DNA of 64,000 bases from a virus (IMGVR_UViG_3300012016_000699:1-64000); one strand, 5' to 3'. Shown: positions 34,526-44,748, counted from the first letter of the stretch. Notes: generated from the letters alone by a model not told the origin. Numbers and translations are program-made.

Positions 34526-37500
34526 TTATTTGATGTCCTCCTCATTCTCTATTTCACCGAAGAAGCAGAGACGCGCGCCGACGTTCGTGCCCGAGACCGC
34601 CGAAGCGTAATGCGTGTTCGAGTAAGCGACACCCGCGAACGCGTTCGCGTAGTAGCTCGAACGGCCCAACACACGGCCTAGGCCGTTATAGGAGGACTGA
34701 TAAGCTGCGTAGCAGTTGGCCCAGCTGGTCTCTGCAGTGTAAGAAGACACAACGATATCACAGTAGCGTCCGAAACGTACACGTGCGACGCATGTACCCT
34801 GGTTGGCAGACTCTGCCTTGACGTTACGCTCTTGTCCGTCCTGCTGGAGAATACGATAGATGTAGTCAACGACCCATCCTGTGCCCGTCTGGGCTCGATG
34901 GGACTTGATGAATGCGTCGAACGACGGAGCGTTCATACAAGCCTTATCCATCCACTCAAAGAGTGATCCGGTCCAACCTTCCAAGCCCCACATCTTGTTG
35001 AGCTGGCTGGTGTTGCTACCTGAAGCACCAGGCATAAGCGTAATGTCAGAGTCGGCAGCACCGATGCTGTCACGGATACCAGTGGTGTATGACGGCGTAC
35101 CGCCTGCACCAACGATGCTCTCGCAGTCACGGGTACCGAACCATGCCATCATGAGGTTGGCCAGGTCCTTCGATGTTTCGTATCCGACTGTCGTGTACTC
35201 ACCGTTCTGGACTCCTGTCAGTGCCGTGCGGACACGGGCGAGGTTGAAGAAGTCCATTGCCGTACCGTTGATGGCGATGGTTGGCAGTGCTGTCGGGTTG
35301 CCATCAGCATCATAGGTCCAGGAGATATTTGTCGAAGTATTGTTACCACGACTGGTTGCTTTTCCGCTGAGTGATCTCAGACCGCCCGTAGGCGTACCGC
35401 CAGTGGTGATACCAGGGGCATAGCCCTGCCACAGTCCGACGAGTTCCGGAAGGTGCTCCACCCAGTCCGGCTCGATGGCCTCTATCTCCTTCGAGTCTGT
35501 GAGGATAACCTCCGGCAGCTTGGCTGCGCTGAGCTTCGTACATGCGAAGTACAGGTTCGTGGCTTCAGCAGGGATGCTGAGGAATACGTAATCGCCGATA
35601 TCGTTATCAAAGTCGGCAGGGTTGATGACCACACCGTTCTTCTTCACGTCCGTCATCTGGAAAGTGAATATCTGGATGATGTTATCGAAGTCATCGGTGA
35701 AGAGGCAGCAGCCCAGCTTGTCCGTCTTGTCGAGGTAGCCCGGGAAGCGCACCTGCTTCATGCCCTTGACCTCCACTTTGTAGGTGTCGAGGCTGTCAGT
35801 GGTGAAGAACAGCGACTCGTCGATGGCGTCTCCTACGCTGTGGCGGCTGTTCAGAGGCAGTCTGTCCGCAATCTTCGTCAGCTCCGTCAGGGCCAGGCGT
35901 GTGGTTACGGTTGCCGAACTCTTCGGCTGGGTTGTCTTGAACGACGGAAGGAAGTACTTGCGTGCGTTCTTGTAGTCGTTGACACCCTTATACCAGTAAT
36001 GGGGCACGTAGAGGAATCCGTCACGCTCCAGCACGGACGATGATCCCGTATGGTCTGCATTGCTGCCATTGGCGAGCTTCGCATAGTTCTGTCTTGACAA
36101 CTCCTCCACATGCAGCTTGTGTGTGTCGGGGTTGACATAGGCCAGCACGGGAACGCAGTGGTCGTGTATCAGCTTCACGTGACCAGAAGCGTAGTAGCCG
36201 TTAGGGTGATCGATGGTCGGAGTGACGCCGGAACGGTAGTCATAGCCCGTCTTGTTGTCGACATTCGTGATGTTGGCAGGATCAGTCTCAAGATCGTCAA
36301 AGACATACTCAGAGTACTGGCACTCCTCCAGATCGAGGCCGCAGAGAGCGAAGAAGCTCTTCATTGCCTCGAAGTCGTCAACAACATCAAGCAGCTGCAC
36401 GGAACCGATCAGAGCGGGATAGGTCTGCTCCGTTCCGTCGGCCGTAAGTCCGCGGTAGCCAGACATGAACGGACGGAGCATGCTTGAGCGTACGCGTCCT
36501 GTCATGCCCTCGATACGGACATGGGTGATGTTCGAGCATTGCTGCATGATGGCCTGCCAGTCAAGGTACGGGCACTCTGCGAAGTTCAGCGCAGTGATGT
36601 TGCTCGTTCCCTGCAGCGTCAGGCCGCTCTGCTCGAGCTTCGGCAGGTAGCGCAGCGTGAGCGCCTGCAGCGTCGACGGGAGCACCAGCGTAGTGATGGG
36701 CGCACCTTCGGCAAGCTTCACGGTGGTGAGGGCTGTGCCGCCTGCAAGCAGGGTCTTCAGACGGGTCTGCTTCGACAGGTCGAAGAGTCCGGCAGTACCA
36801 GTATGTACAGCTGTCTGGCCGGTGATGTCGACATACTCCAGCTTCGAGATATTACCAAGAGTCAAAGGAGCGTTACTTACACCCATAGTTGCAGGCATCA
36901 CGAGCTTTGCAAGCATGGTACACAGAGACAAACCGACAGTACCGTTCAACTGAGAACCCATGTTCGTAAGGTCGAGCTCACGCAGGCAGCTTGCACCACC
37001 GAGCATCAGCGGGTCGTTCGTAGCCAGTGTTCCTGTGAACTGGAGAGTCAGGTTCTCGCCTGCGGCAACCTTGGTAGGACCTTGCAGCCAGAGACCGTTG
37101 AGCTTGTAACCGAAATAGTACAGGTCGCCAGATGTCAGCTTCATAGAAGAATAGGCATCGCCAGCGTTTCTGACTACAGTGAACGTCACGACATCGCCGT
37201 TATAGTTTCCTGCGCCATAGCGGGCATCAAGCAGACGTGCACGGTCAGCAAGGAACTGTCTGATGTGATCCTCTCTGCTACCAGTCAGAGTATAGACGTA
37301 GTTCATGTTTTCGATGGTGTCGATGTACTTGAGCTTACCTGACTTGTTGTACTGACGTGGACTCCAGTTGCCAATCATGGTGCCGATAAATTCATCGAGC
37401 ATCACCTGTGTTGACATGGCGTTACGGAGATTAACGGCGCATGCTTTCAGTTCTTCCTCGAAGTTTGCAAGCACAAGACACCATAACCATGAGTTATGAC

Positions 37501-40500
37501 CTTCAAATGCGTACTTACTGCGCTCAGAGTCGTAGCTGTCACGGGTAATATTGTAGAGATAAACGATGAAAGCATCATTTCTGATGGCTTCCCATGTATC
37601 ACCGTCGTAGAACGTAGAGAACCACTTCAAACCATCCCATGTGCGCCAGATTATATTCTTGGCCAGCTGGTCTTTACCAGCGAGATAGTCAATGAAGATA
37701 TAGTAAGTCAGCAGGTGGTCGCGGTCGAAGTAATTTGAAATCTCGTTCTTGAACTTCTGGCTCACCCACTTTGCCTTTGACTCATCGCTCCAGCCGAGCT
37801 GTGTACCGAAGTCTGGGCTTGCTGGGGTCATGTTGCCTGCCTTGTAGCCTGCGGTGTCGCAGAAGCAGTCGTAGATCCATCCCATCCAGCGCTTGATGGC
37901 TGCACGGGCACCCTCCACGGGCTTTACGGACCACTTGTTCTTGCCTGCGTCCCACTGGCCCTCATCGACATTCGCCCACTTTGCGTCTTCGGGGAAGTTG
38001 AATTCGAAACCGTCGTCGAACTGCTTCGAGAGCTGTGCGGAGAGGTCCGGGCTGTCGGCAGAGCCTGCAGGCTGGAACAGTGTCATCGGAGATGCGTTGT
38101 TCAATGCCTCCAAAGCGATAGACATCGGATTCAGTGTTTCGTCACCGCTGAAACCGCTGACACCCTCCATGCCGAATATCTTGCCAGACTTTGATTTCTC
38201 GTTGTTGAGAACGAACTGTCCGCAATAGGTCAGAGAGCCTTGCTCCGATGTGCCTGCGAAGATGTCACAAGGCAGACCGTCAACAGACTGACGTACCCTT
38301 GCGTCATACTCCTGTGGAGGTGTGTTCAGACCAAGCTGATTCATGACGTTGTGGAACAGATGGGCACCACCTGTATTACCAGCAAGTGAAGAGTCAACGA
38401 AGTCCGTCTTAGCACAGAGCACGGCCTGGTCGATTGAGTTGGCATTGCCACGAAGAGCATAGCCACTGGCCGTTGCCGTTACGTCCACACCACCGATCTT
38501 CAGCACGCGGGCTACGTCGCCCTGCTGTGTAGTCAGGTAGATACGGATATTCTTATATGGGTACTTCACGGATGACGTACCTTGTATGCGGATTCTCACG
38601 TTACGCGCCTCGAAGCCTTCACCGATAGGGTTTCCATTGCTGTCGAGAGGAGGCTCCCATCGAACGAGGTCGGCCTTGAAGTTCTGCTTCTTGTCGGCAC
38701 ATGCGAACAAGTCGGACAAGCCCATGCCGGAGTCACCGCTTCTGATGATAGTCAGAACGCCGCGTCCCCTTGACAGGAGCGTGTCACGGCTGATGGCGAT
38801 GTTACCGTCAGCATCGCTTGTCTTGTTGGTGTCACCGACGTTGTTGTCCTCGGATGCGCTCTGTATCTCAGCAGCCGTCGGACGGTCAATGATCCAGTTT
38901 GACAGAACTTCGTCAGCACTCAGCGGATTGCGGTAGTAGCGCAAGCCACGGATGCGGATGTCTGCCTTATCTGAATCGAAAGTAAGGTCAGCGGGTGTGT
39001 TCTGTCTCAGAGAGCCAGTATATCTGTTAGCTGCCGACAGAACGCCATTGATGAACATCATGGCCAGTCCGTAGCCGCTTGTAACAGGCTGAATCACGAA
39101 TGCCACATGCTCCCAACGGTCAATAGCGATATTCTTTGCCACACCGTGAGGGCGTGAGATCTTCAACTTAACGGGCTCTTCCACGGGATTGCCCTCGTAG
39201 TCGATATAGTTGCCGTTCTCGTCAACGAGATCCTCGGCAGTGGTGATTTCCTCCACGCCTCCGAAATACAAGCCTGCTTCCTCAGTCGTAATCTTGATAC
39301 CCATTGGGTATCCAGAGTTATTGTTATCACAGAGACAGCTCATGATAGTTGCGCCACGCTCCATGACCTGCGATATCATGATCTCCATCTCCAGCGTCAT
39401 ACCGCGACCCTGGATGGAGTAGTCGCCATCCTCAACGTCCTGCACGAACGGGCGCAGGCCGACGATGGCACGCGAGCCGTTGGTGAGCAGCAGCGTATCG
39501 ACGCCCTGTGAGTCCTTGCCCCAGCCGTTTGTGCGCCAGTCCACGCCGTAGAACTTCGTGATGCCTCCCCAGTCGGCGGGGTTGGCCTCGCTGTTCGAGC
39601 GGCCTGTGGCAGTCAGCTTCTTACGGTAGCCTACGGTCTCCGTCTCGGAGATGCCGGAGGCAGTGACGGCCACTGCGAAAGTACGAACGCTCTCGCCGCA
39701 GGTAATCGTCATGGCATGGTTGCCGGAGGTGTCGAAGCGCTGGATGATCGACTGCATCGTGCGGCCTACGGCCAGTGTCTGGGTAGTAACGCCATCGACG
39801 GCCACTACTATTTCGCTCGTCAGTGCATCGGCATTCCATGCTGCGATATCCATCACAAGCTCACTGAACTGGGCAACCGTGGCAGGCAGTCCGGTATTGC
39901 CATAGGCGAACGGCAGCGGCATATCGCTCAGCTGTGCGACGGGAGCCGACATGCGCAGACCGACGTATTCCGCCTCGGAGCCTGCCTTCAGCAGGTCGAC
40001 GATGACTGCGTTGGAGAGCAGGCCTCCGCTTTCCGCCAGCAGCTGAATGTTATGGCGTCCTGCCGCGAGGTTCGATGCCTGCAGATAGATATAGTTTCTT
40101 CCTGTACCGCCGATGGTGGTCGTCGAGTCGAGGACTCCGTCCACCCAAACACGGAGCGTCGTGCCTGTAGGAACGGTATAGGTATAAGGGATGCTGACGG
40201 TCTGTCCGTTCACGTAGCCATTGCTCAGCGCAAGCTGAGAGGCAGGGTCGAACGTAGTAGCCAGGTCCATGGTGATGACCGTCACGGTCTTTGAGCTGCG
40301 ACTGGTCTTCACTTCCTCGTCGATAGGCGTAGTAGCCATAACCTGGATGTTCACCGTGCCTGCTGACGTGATCTTCGATGCGTCGAGGGTCAGCATGCGG
40401 ACGGTGTCGCTCGGAGCCACCAGTGAGTGCATCTCGCTGTGGACCGTCGTAGTACCTACCTTCACGGTTATCTCCACTGTCTGGGCTGGGTAGTTGGCAC

Positions 40501-41113
40501 GCTCCGAGGTACCCTCAAAGGTTCTCAGACAGTCGTATTTCCACGTCATGATGATCGTGTCTCCCAGCTTCGTCACGGCTGGGGTCAGCAAGGCGGTTGT
40601 CACCTTCGGGGCAATAACTTCACCTATCTCCTGCGCTGCTGGAATCTGTGCAGAGAACACTTCATCACCTTGAGCGTTACGGAAGATCAGCGGCACCATA
40701 CCGCCAGACTCCTGTGTGGCGTCCACCTCAGCCTCTACCGGCAGGTTTGAGTTCAGTGCGTTGATCTCGCTTGTGATGACGTTGTTAGCCACAGGGTTCG
40801 GGCTCACGGCACTGAGCGACTGGTCCACGACGGGAACGCTGAGGTTCACCTTGCCGTTGGGATCCTTCTCCACTTCGGAGTTGTTCACTGTCACGCCTGC
40901 CACCTTGCCTGCGAGAGCCGTCTCTGCAGCAGCGCTGATGTGCTGCTCACGGAGGAAACGCTCTATCTCCCCCTTGTTGATGCCCCACTCGGCACCTGCG
41001 GGAATGGTCACGCCATGCACCGTGATGGGGGCGTTGGTGTTGTTCACGCCGCCCCAGGGGTCATTCTTGCTTGTCAGGATGTTCGTTCCTGGAATAGTAA
41101 TTTTCTTTGCCAT
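34526..41113 (-). CDS. Large tail fibre/receptor-binding protein, DGR target (LamG-like, CotH-like, LRR, C-type-lectin-fold VR)
   Basis: 2195 aa; VR at the C-terminus; LRR-like LxxLxL repeats; ConA/LamG-like WEHVAFVI...FINGVL...LRYYRNPLS. Confidence 0.88.
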   Translation of the reverse strand: MAKKITIPGTNILTSKNDPWGGVNNTNAPITVHGVTIPAGAEWGINKGEIERFLREQHISAAAETALAGKVAGVTVNNSEVEKDPNGKVNLSVPVVDQSLSAVSPNPVANNVITSEINALNSNLPVEAEVDATQESGGMVPLIFRNAQGDEVFSAQIPAAQEIGEVIAPKVTTALLTPAVTKLGDTIIMTWKYDCLRTFEGTSERANYPAQTVEITVKVGTTTVHSEMHSLVAPSDTVRMLTLDASKITSAGTVNIQVMATTPIDEEVKTSRSSKTVTVITMDLATTFDPASQLALSNGYVNGQTVSIPYTYTVPTGTTLRVWVDGVLDSTTTIGGTGRNYIYLQASNLAAGRHNIQLLAESGGLLSNAVIVDLLKAGSEAEYVGLRMSAPVAQLSDMPLPFAYGNTGLPATVAQFSELVMDIAAWNADALTSEIVVAVDGVTTQTLAVGRTMQSIIQRFDTSGNHAMTITCGESVRTFAVAVTASGISETETVGYRKKLTATGRSNSEANPADWGGITKFYGVDWRTNGWGKDSQGVDTLLLTNGSRAIVGLRPFVQDVEDGDYSIQGRGMTLEMEIMISQVMERGATIMSCLCDNNNSGYPMGIKITTEEAGLYFGGVEEITTAEDLVDENGNYIDYEGNPVEEPVKLKISRPHGVAKNIAIDRWEHVAFVIQPVTSGYGLAMMFINGVLSAANRYTGSLRQNTPADLTFDSDKADIRIRGLRYYRNPLSADEVLSNWIIDRPTAAEIQSASEDNNVGDTNKTSDADGNIAISRDTLLSRGRGVLTIIRSGDSGMGLSDLFACADKKQNFKADLVRWEPPLDSNGNPIGEGFEARNVRIRIQGTSSVKYPYKNIRIYLTTQQGDVARVLKIGGVDVTATASGYALRGNANSIDQAVLCAKTDFVDSSLAGNTGGAHLFHNVMNQLGLNTPPQEYDARVRQSVDGLPCDIFAGTSEQGSLTYCGQFVLNNEKSKSGKIFGMEGVSGFSGDETLNPMSIALEALNNASPMTLFQPAGSADSPDLSAQLSKQFDDGFEFNFPEDAKWANVDEGQWDAGKNKWSVKPVEGARAAIKRWMGWIYDCFCDTAGYKAGNMTPASPDFGTQLGWSDESKAKWVSQKFKNEISNYFDRDHLLTYYIFIDYLAGKDQLAKNIIWRTWDGLKWFSTFYDGDTWEAIRNDAFIVYLYNITRDSYDSERSKYAFEGHNSWLWCLVLANFEEELKACAVNLRNAMSTQVMLDEFIGTMIGNWSPRQYNKSGKLKYIDTIENMNYVYTLTGSREDHIRQFLADRARLLDARYGAGNYNGDVVTFTVVRNAGDAYSSMKLTSGDLYYFGYKLNGLWLQGPTKVAAGENLTLQFTGTLATNDPLMLGGASCLRELDLTNMGSQLNGTVGLSLCTMLAKLVMPATMGVSNAPLTLGNISKLEYVDITGQTAVHTGTAGLFDLSKQTRLKTLLAGGTALTTVKLAEGAPITTLVLPSTLQALTLRYLPKLEQSGLTLQGTSNITALNFAECPYLDWQAIMQQCSNITHVRIEGMTGRVRSSMLRPFMSGYRGLTADGTEQTYPALIGSVQLLDVVDDFEAMKSFFALCGLDLEECQYSEYVFDDLETDPANITNVDNKTGYDYRSGVTPTIDHPNGYYASGHVKLIHDHCVPVLAYVNPDTHKLHVEELSRQNYAKLANGSNADHTGSSSVLERDGFLYVPHYWYKGVNDYKNARKYFLPSFKTTQPKSSATVTTRLALTELTKIADRLPLNSRHSVGDAIDESLFFTTDSLDTYKVEVKGMKQVRFPGYLDKTDKLGCCLFTDDFDNIIQIFTFQMTDVKKNGVVINPADFDNDIGDYVFLSIPAEATNLYFACTKLSAAKLPEVILTDSKEIEAIEPDWVEHLPELVGLWQGYAPGITTGGTPTGGLRSLSGKATSRGNNTSTNISWTYDADGNPTALPTIAINGTAMDFFNLARVRTALTGVQNGEYTTVGYETSKDLANLMMAWFGTRDCESIVGAGGTPSYTTGIRDSIGAADSDITLMPGASGSNTSQLNKMWGLEGWTGSLFEWMDKACMNAPSFDAFIKSHRAQTGTGWVVDYIYRILQQDGQERNVKAESANQGTCVARVRFGRYCDIVVSSYTAETSWANCYAAYQSSYNGLGRVLGRSSYYANAFAGVAYSNTHYASAVSGTNVGARLCFFGEIENEEDIK
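34564..34679 (-). repeat. DGR variable repeat (VR)
   Basis: Matches TR except 14 positions, all TR adenines; encodes the C-terminal GRSSYYANAFAGVAYSNTHYASAVSGTNVGARLC. Confidence 0.95.
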
Positions 41114-41142
41114 TTCTCTTTATGCTTTTGGTTTTTAATATT

Positions 41143-41244
41143 CTACCACGCCTCCGAACGGAAGAAGCCGTCGGAGCGGAACCAGTCTGCAATGGCCGCA
41201 ATCTTCACCGAGGCCATCATTATCGCTCTGCGGAATATGCTCAT
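41143..41244 (-). CDS. 33-aa peptide
   Basis: MSIFRRAIMMASVKIAAIADWFRSDGFFRSEAW, ATGA-coupled. Confidence 0.45.
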   Translation of the reverse strand: MSIFRRAIMMASVKIAAIADWFRSDGFFRSEAW

Positions 41245-41723
41245 GACTGGGCGGCCTCCCATCCCGCTGCCACGGCCATGCCGTGCAGGATGCTCACCTG
41301 GTAGGTGTAGCCGTCCTCCCACTCTGGAGCCTCGCCGCCAGCCCATCGGACATCCGAGGCGAAGTTCAGTTCGAACAGGTTACCGCTGACCGTGAACTCC
41401 ATCATGTATTCACTCGCACCGCTGCCGGTAGCCGTCAGCAGCGTGATATTCAGCTCCGTCATAGGCGAAGCCCATCTGTGCAGGATATTCGGCTTGATGC
41501 CGACGGTGGCGGAAGACTGCTGCTGCTCCGGCATGCGTGGATCGGAAGTGTCCTTTTGCCACCACTCAGTATCGGTCACGGGATGTCCCACATTGCCGGC
41601 CTTGCGGCTGATGTAGGAGCAATCCGTCTCGGCGTCATACACCCTTACCAGGGCCTTGTACTCCATGGTAGGGTCGTAGCCACCTCCTGCAGTGATACCA
41701 ATAGTAAATCTCTTAGTTGCCAT
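41241..41723 (-). CDS. Tail-associated protein
   Basis: 160 aa; IKPNILHRW...EYMMEFT...VRWAGGEAPEWEDGYTYQVSI. Confidence 0.65.
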   Translation of the reverse strand: MATKRFTIGITAGGGYDPTMEYKALVRVYDAETDCSYISRKAGNVGHPVTDTEWWQKDTSDPRMPEQQQSSATVGIKPNILHRWASPMTELNITLLTATGSGASEYMMEFTVSGNLFELNFASDVRWAGGEAPEWEDGYTYQVSILHGMAVAAGWEAAQS

Positions 41724-41752
41724 AATTGTATTTTTTGAATTATCAGTGATCG

Positions 41753-41992
41753 TTAATCTGTGGTCTGTATGGTCAGGTCTCCGTTATCGAAGTCGATGTT
41801 GTCCTCTACGATGGACGTGCCCTCCTCATATTCCATGATGAGTTCACCGTCGCTGAAGGAATACTCGAAGTTGACATACGGCAGGCCCTCCACCAGCATC
41901 TCTACCTTACGCTCGATCTTCTCCAGACGACCGTCGCACAGTACAGACAGCTTCTTCATCAACAGCCCGAGGGCGCCCAGTTTCTTGGCCAT
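41753..41992 (-). CDS. Small tail-associated protein
   Basis: 79 aa; shares GELIMEY/FDNGD motif with 43987-44748. Confidence 0.65.
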   Translation of the reverse strand: MAKKLGALGLLMKKLSVLCDGRLEKIERKVEMLVEGLPYVNFEYSFSDGELIMEYEEGTSIVEDNIDFDNGDLTIQTTD

Positions 41993-42096
41993 ATCAATTC
42001 CTTGCTTTTTTTTTACCTAAACTTTTATCGCATTATAAGCTTGTAAGCGTGAGGGACGGCAGGATAACAAGACCGTCCCCCACGTCGTCAGAAAGC

Positions 42097-42945
42097 CTAA
42101 GCCTCGTCGGTGATAGAGTCATCACTTACTCCGGGCAGAGTGGTGGTAACCATCTCGCTGTCGGCTGCATAGCCGTACCAGCTGCCGATCTCAGCGTCTG
42201 AGATCAGTGAGAGGTCCATGTCCTCAACGAGATTGTCGAGGTTCTCCTTGTCCTGTGCGGACATGGCACCGTTCGAGCCGCCCGCTCCGTTGGTAGAAGG
42301 AGTGGCGAGGGCAAGCTTCAGGCCTTCGGCGGTGATTGACAGACCGTTGGCATTGCTGCTGTCGATCTTGATGGCCAATCCGTCGGAAGACACCTCCAGA
42401 CCGCTGGCATCAGCGTTGTCCACCTTCTTCAGCTTGATGCTGAATACCTTGTTGTCAAGGCTGAGGCCGTCACCGTTGGTGTAGATGTCCATCAGCTCGG
42501 TGACGTTGATACTCAGGTGGTCGTCGGTCTCCGATCCGTTCTCGGTGTCCTTGGTGTTGATCACCAGGTCCATCCACTGGCCAGCACCAGTCACTGTGGA
42601 GGGAGCCTCGTAAGGCTCTGCGACGGCTGTGCTGTCTACCTTCGTCACCATCCACTTGCCTTCGTTGTCGCCTGTTCCGGCCACGACGGTCAGCAGGTGG
42701 GACTTACCCTTCTTCACGAGGAAATCCTTCGGGATGTCGATCTCGATGCGGTTAGCGTCTGCCTCGGCTGCAGCCTGTGTCTTGGCTGAGGAGAGGATGA
42801 TAGTCTTCAGGTAGCCGGTGTTGGCGGTACCCTTCTCGTACCTACGAAGTTTTGATAGGTCGATTTGCTCGTCGGTGTAGCCCTTCGAGGTCTTGGAAAT
42901 CTTCTTGAGCACGAGCCCAATAGCAGAATGCTTCTTTTTAGCCAT
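42097..42945 (-). CDS. Tail fibre/structural protein
   Basis: 282 aa; IDIPKDFLVK, GL-repeat segments, GAMSAQDK. Confidence 0.7.
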   Translation of the reverse strand: MAKKKHSAIGLVLKKISKTSKGYTDEQIDLSKLRRYEKGTANTGYLKTIILSSAKTQAAAEADANRIEIDIPKDFLVKKGKSHLLTVVAGTGDNEGKWMVTKVDSTAVAEPYEAPSTVTGAGQWMDLVINTKDTENGSETDDHLSINVTELMDIYTNGDGLSLDNKVFSIKLKKVDNADASGLEVSSDGLAIKIDSSNANGLSITAEGLKLALATPSTNGAGGSNGAMSAQDKENLDNLVEDMDLSLISDAEIGSWYGYAADSEMVTTTLPGVSDDSITDEA

Positions 42946-43014
42946 AATGCAATAAAGATTAAAATGTTAATAAAATGTGAACTATACTGACGGGACGAAT
43001 CCCAGTTTCAGTCT

Positions 43015-43470
43015 TTACTTGAGAGTGTAGACGCTGCTCGTGCAGTCGTCTATGGTCACGCTGACAGTCGCTGAGACGGCAGCCCTGTAAGCCGAAGAAT
43101 CCTCCTCTGAGAGCGTAACCGTCTTACCTTCACCTTCCAGGCGGTGCTCCGTTCCGTCAAGGGTCAGAAGCCATTCGGCCGCATCCTCGCCGTCGATGAA
43201 TCTGCCGTCAATGGTAAGTATGACGCCGCCCTCGGTATCCTCAGCCGTGATGTTGTTGTATTCAGGGTCATAGAAGAAGTTCTCGATGTCCTCTTCAGTG
43301 ATCTCGCAGACCATCTCTATGACGGCATTGTTGGTAGCCTCCTTGACCTCCTCCTCGGAGTACAGCCTCTTGCCTTCCTTCAGCTGTCTGGAAATGGCGG
43401 CCATGTCATCGAGGAGCTGGTCAACTTCCTCTACGCTTTCGCTGATACATTTCTTTTCTTCCAATGCCAT
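43015..43470 (-). CDS. Tail-module acidic protein
   Basis: 151-aa ORF. Confidence 0.6.
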   Translation of the reverse strand: MALEEKKCISESVEEVDQLLDDMAAISRQLKEGKRLYSEEEVKEATNNAVIEMVCEITEEDIENFFYDPEYNNITAEDTEGGVILTIDGRFIDGEDAAEWLLTLDGTEHRLEGEGKTVTLSEEDSSAYRAAVSATVSVTIDDCTSSVYTLK

Positions 43471-43475
43471 GATAT

Positions 43476-44015
43476 CTACTGATTCCTGTATTTGTGAACA
43501 AAAATTGGATTGCCGTTTCGGTCATGGATGACCTGGCCGTTGCGGTCGAGAAGCAGCATGAGTCCGTCGTCGTTGACGCTGGTCATCCATACTCTCGTGA
43601 AGGTCACCCAGTGCTTGTGCCTGCAGTAGCCCATGGCATAGCCGGGCATCGTGCAGTAAGGCTCATAGAGGAACTGTTCGTCTGTCTCCTGCCGGTAGCC
43701 GCCAGCATAGTCTCCGTCTGGGATGCCGCAGGTGGTGGTGACGAAAGTCTTTCCGATGCGGGCGCGTACGGTGATGTAGAAGTTCCCTTCCTCGTCGACG
43801 AGGCTATCGTCCTTCGTAATGGGAAGCTTCCTGAATTCGTTGCGGAGCTGCAGCAGCCACGGATCCGTCTTCGGGTCGAAGCCCTCAAGGCTGAAGTCCA
43901 CGCGGAACTTCAGGTCCGTGTCCGGGTAGATAACGTTCATCTCCTGCTGCGTGCTTGTTTCTTGTCCTTCCATACTGTTGTATTGCTTATATGTTGTAAT
44001 CCACAATGAAATCAC
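43476..44015 (-). CDS. Tail-module protein
   Basis: 179-aa ORF (TDLKFRVD...IPDGDY.GG.RQE). Confidence 0.6.
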   Translation of the reverse strand: MISLWITTYKQYNSMEGQETSTQQEMNVIYPDTDLKFRVDFSLEGFDPKTDPWLLQLRNEFRKLPITKDDSLVDEEGNFYITVRARIGKTFVTTTCGIPDGDYAGGYRQETDEQFLYEPYCTMPGYAMGYCRHKHWVTFTRVWMTSVNDDGLMLLLDRNGQVIHDRNGNPIFVHKYRNQ

Positions 44016-44748
44016 CGTTATCGAAGCTGAACATATCCATGGTGAGCCTGTCCCGCTCTACATATTCCATGATCAGCTCACCCTCCTCGTAGTTGTAGCT
44101 GAAGTCGAGACAGAGGATTCCCTTCCGTGAGGCCTCCTCTTCCTCCCACTGCTGCCAGTTGGCAAGGACGCGCGACCAGAAAGCATCCCAGTCGGGCACC
44201 ACGCCATCCGTATAGAAGTCCTCCCACTGCTGCTGCGATGTGGCAACGAACCCCTCGAAACGGGTGTAGAGTGCCTCTGCGTCGTGCTGGAAGCCGTTGT
44301 TGTTCTGCCCGAGGAACCAGGCGAACATCAAGTCATGGATCTGCTGTGCCTCGGCACCCTGCTGCTCGGCAGTGTTACCCTGCTGGCTGACACGCTCGTA
44401 GAGCGTCTGGTAGCCTTCCAGTGCGTTCTCCACGCGCTCTCCCTGTGACTGGGCGTAGCCTGCGGCACGCTCTGCGCTGGAGGCGGCATTGTCGCAGCGT
44501 TCACGCACATCCTCTCCGAGACGGCTGAGGCCTTCCACGATGGAGGTAGGCGACACATTCTCGATCCTGCGTATCCCCTGGTAGATATACGACGCCAGCA
44601 GTCCTGCGTGCCTTTCGGAGTCGAAGTTCACAATCTGGATGTCCGACGCCTCCCGCATGATCGTGGAGAAGTAGTCCAGGATATCCTGCTTGTGTCCGCG
44701 CAACCATTGCCACATGATTCCTGACATGGTGTTGTCAATCTCTGCCAT
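43987..44748 (-). CDS. Tail-module coiled-coil protein
   Basis: 253-aa ORF. Confidence 0.65.
   Translation of the reverse strand: MAEIDNTMSGIMWQWLRGHKQDILDYFSTIMREASDIQIVNFDSERHAGLLASYIYQGIRRIENVSPTSIVEGLSRLGEDVRERCDNAASSAERAAGYAQSQGERVENALEGYQTLYERVSQQGNTAEQQGAEAQQIHDLMFAWFLGQNNNGFQHDAEALYTRFEGFVATSQQQWEDFYTDGVVPDWDAFWSRVLANWQQWEEEEASRKGILCLDFSYNYEEGELIMEYVERDRLTMDMFSFDNGDFIVDYNI

Larger units (their letters stand above)
32530..34679 (-). mobile_element. Diversity-generating retroelement cassette (VR-TR-RT)
   Basis: RT plus a 116-bp TR/VR pair with adenine-specific mismatches. Confidence 0.95.
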
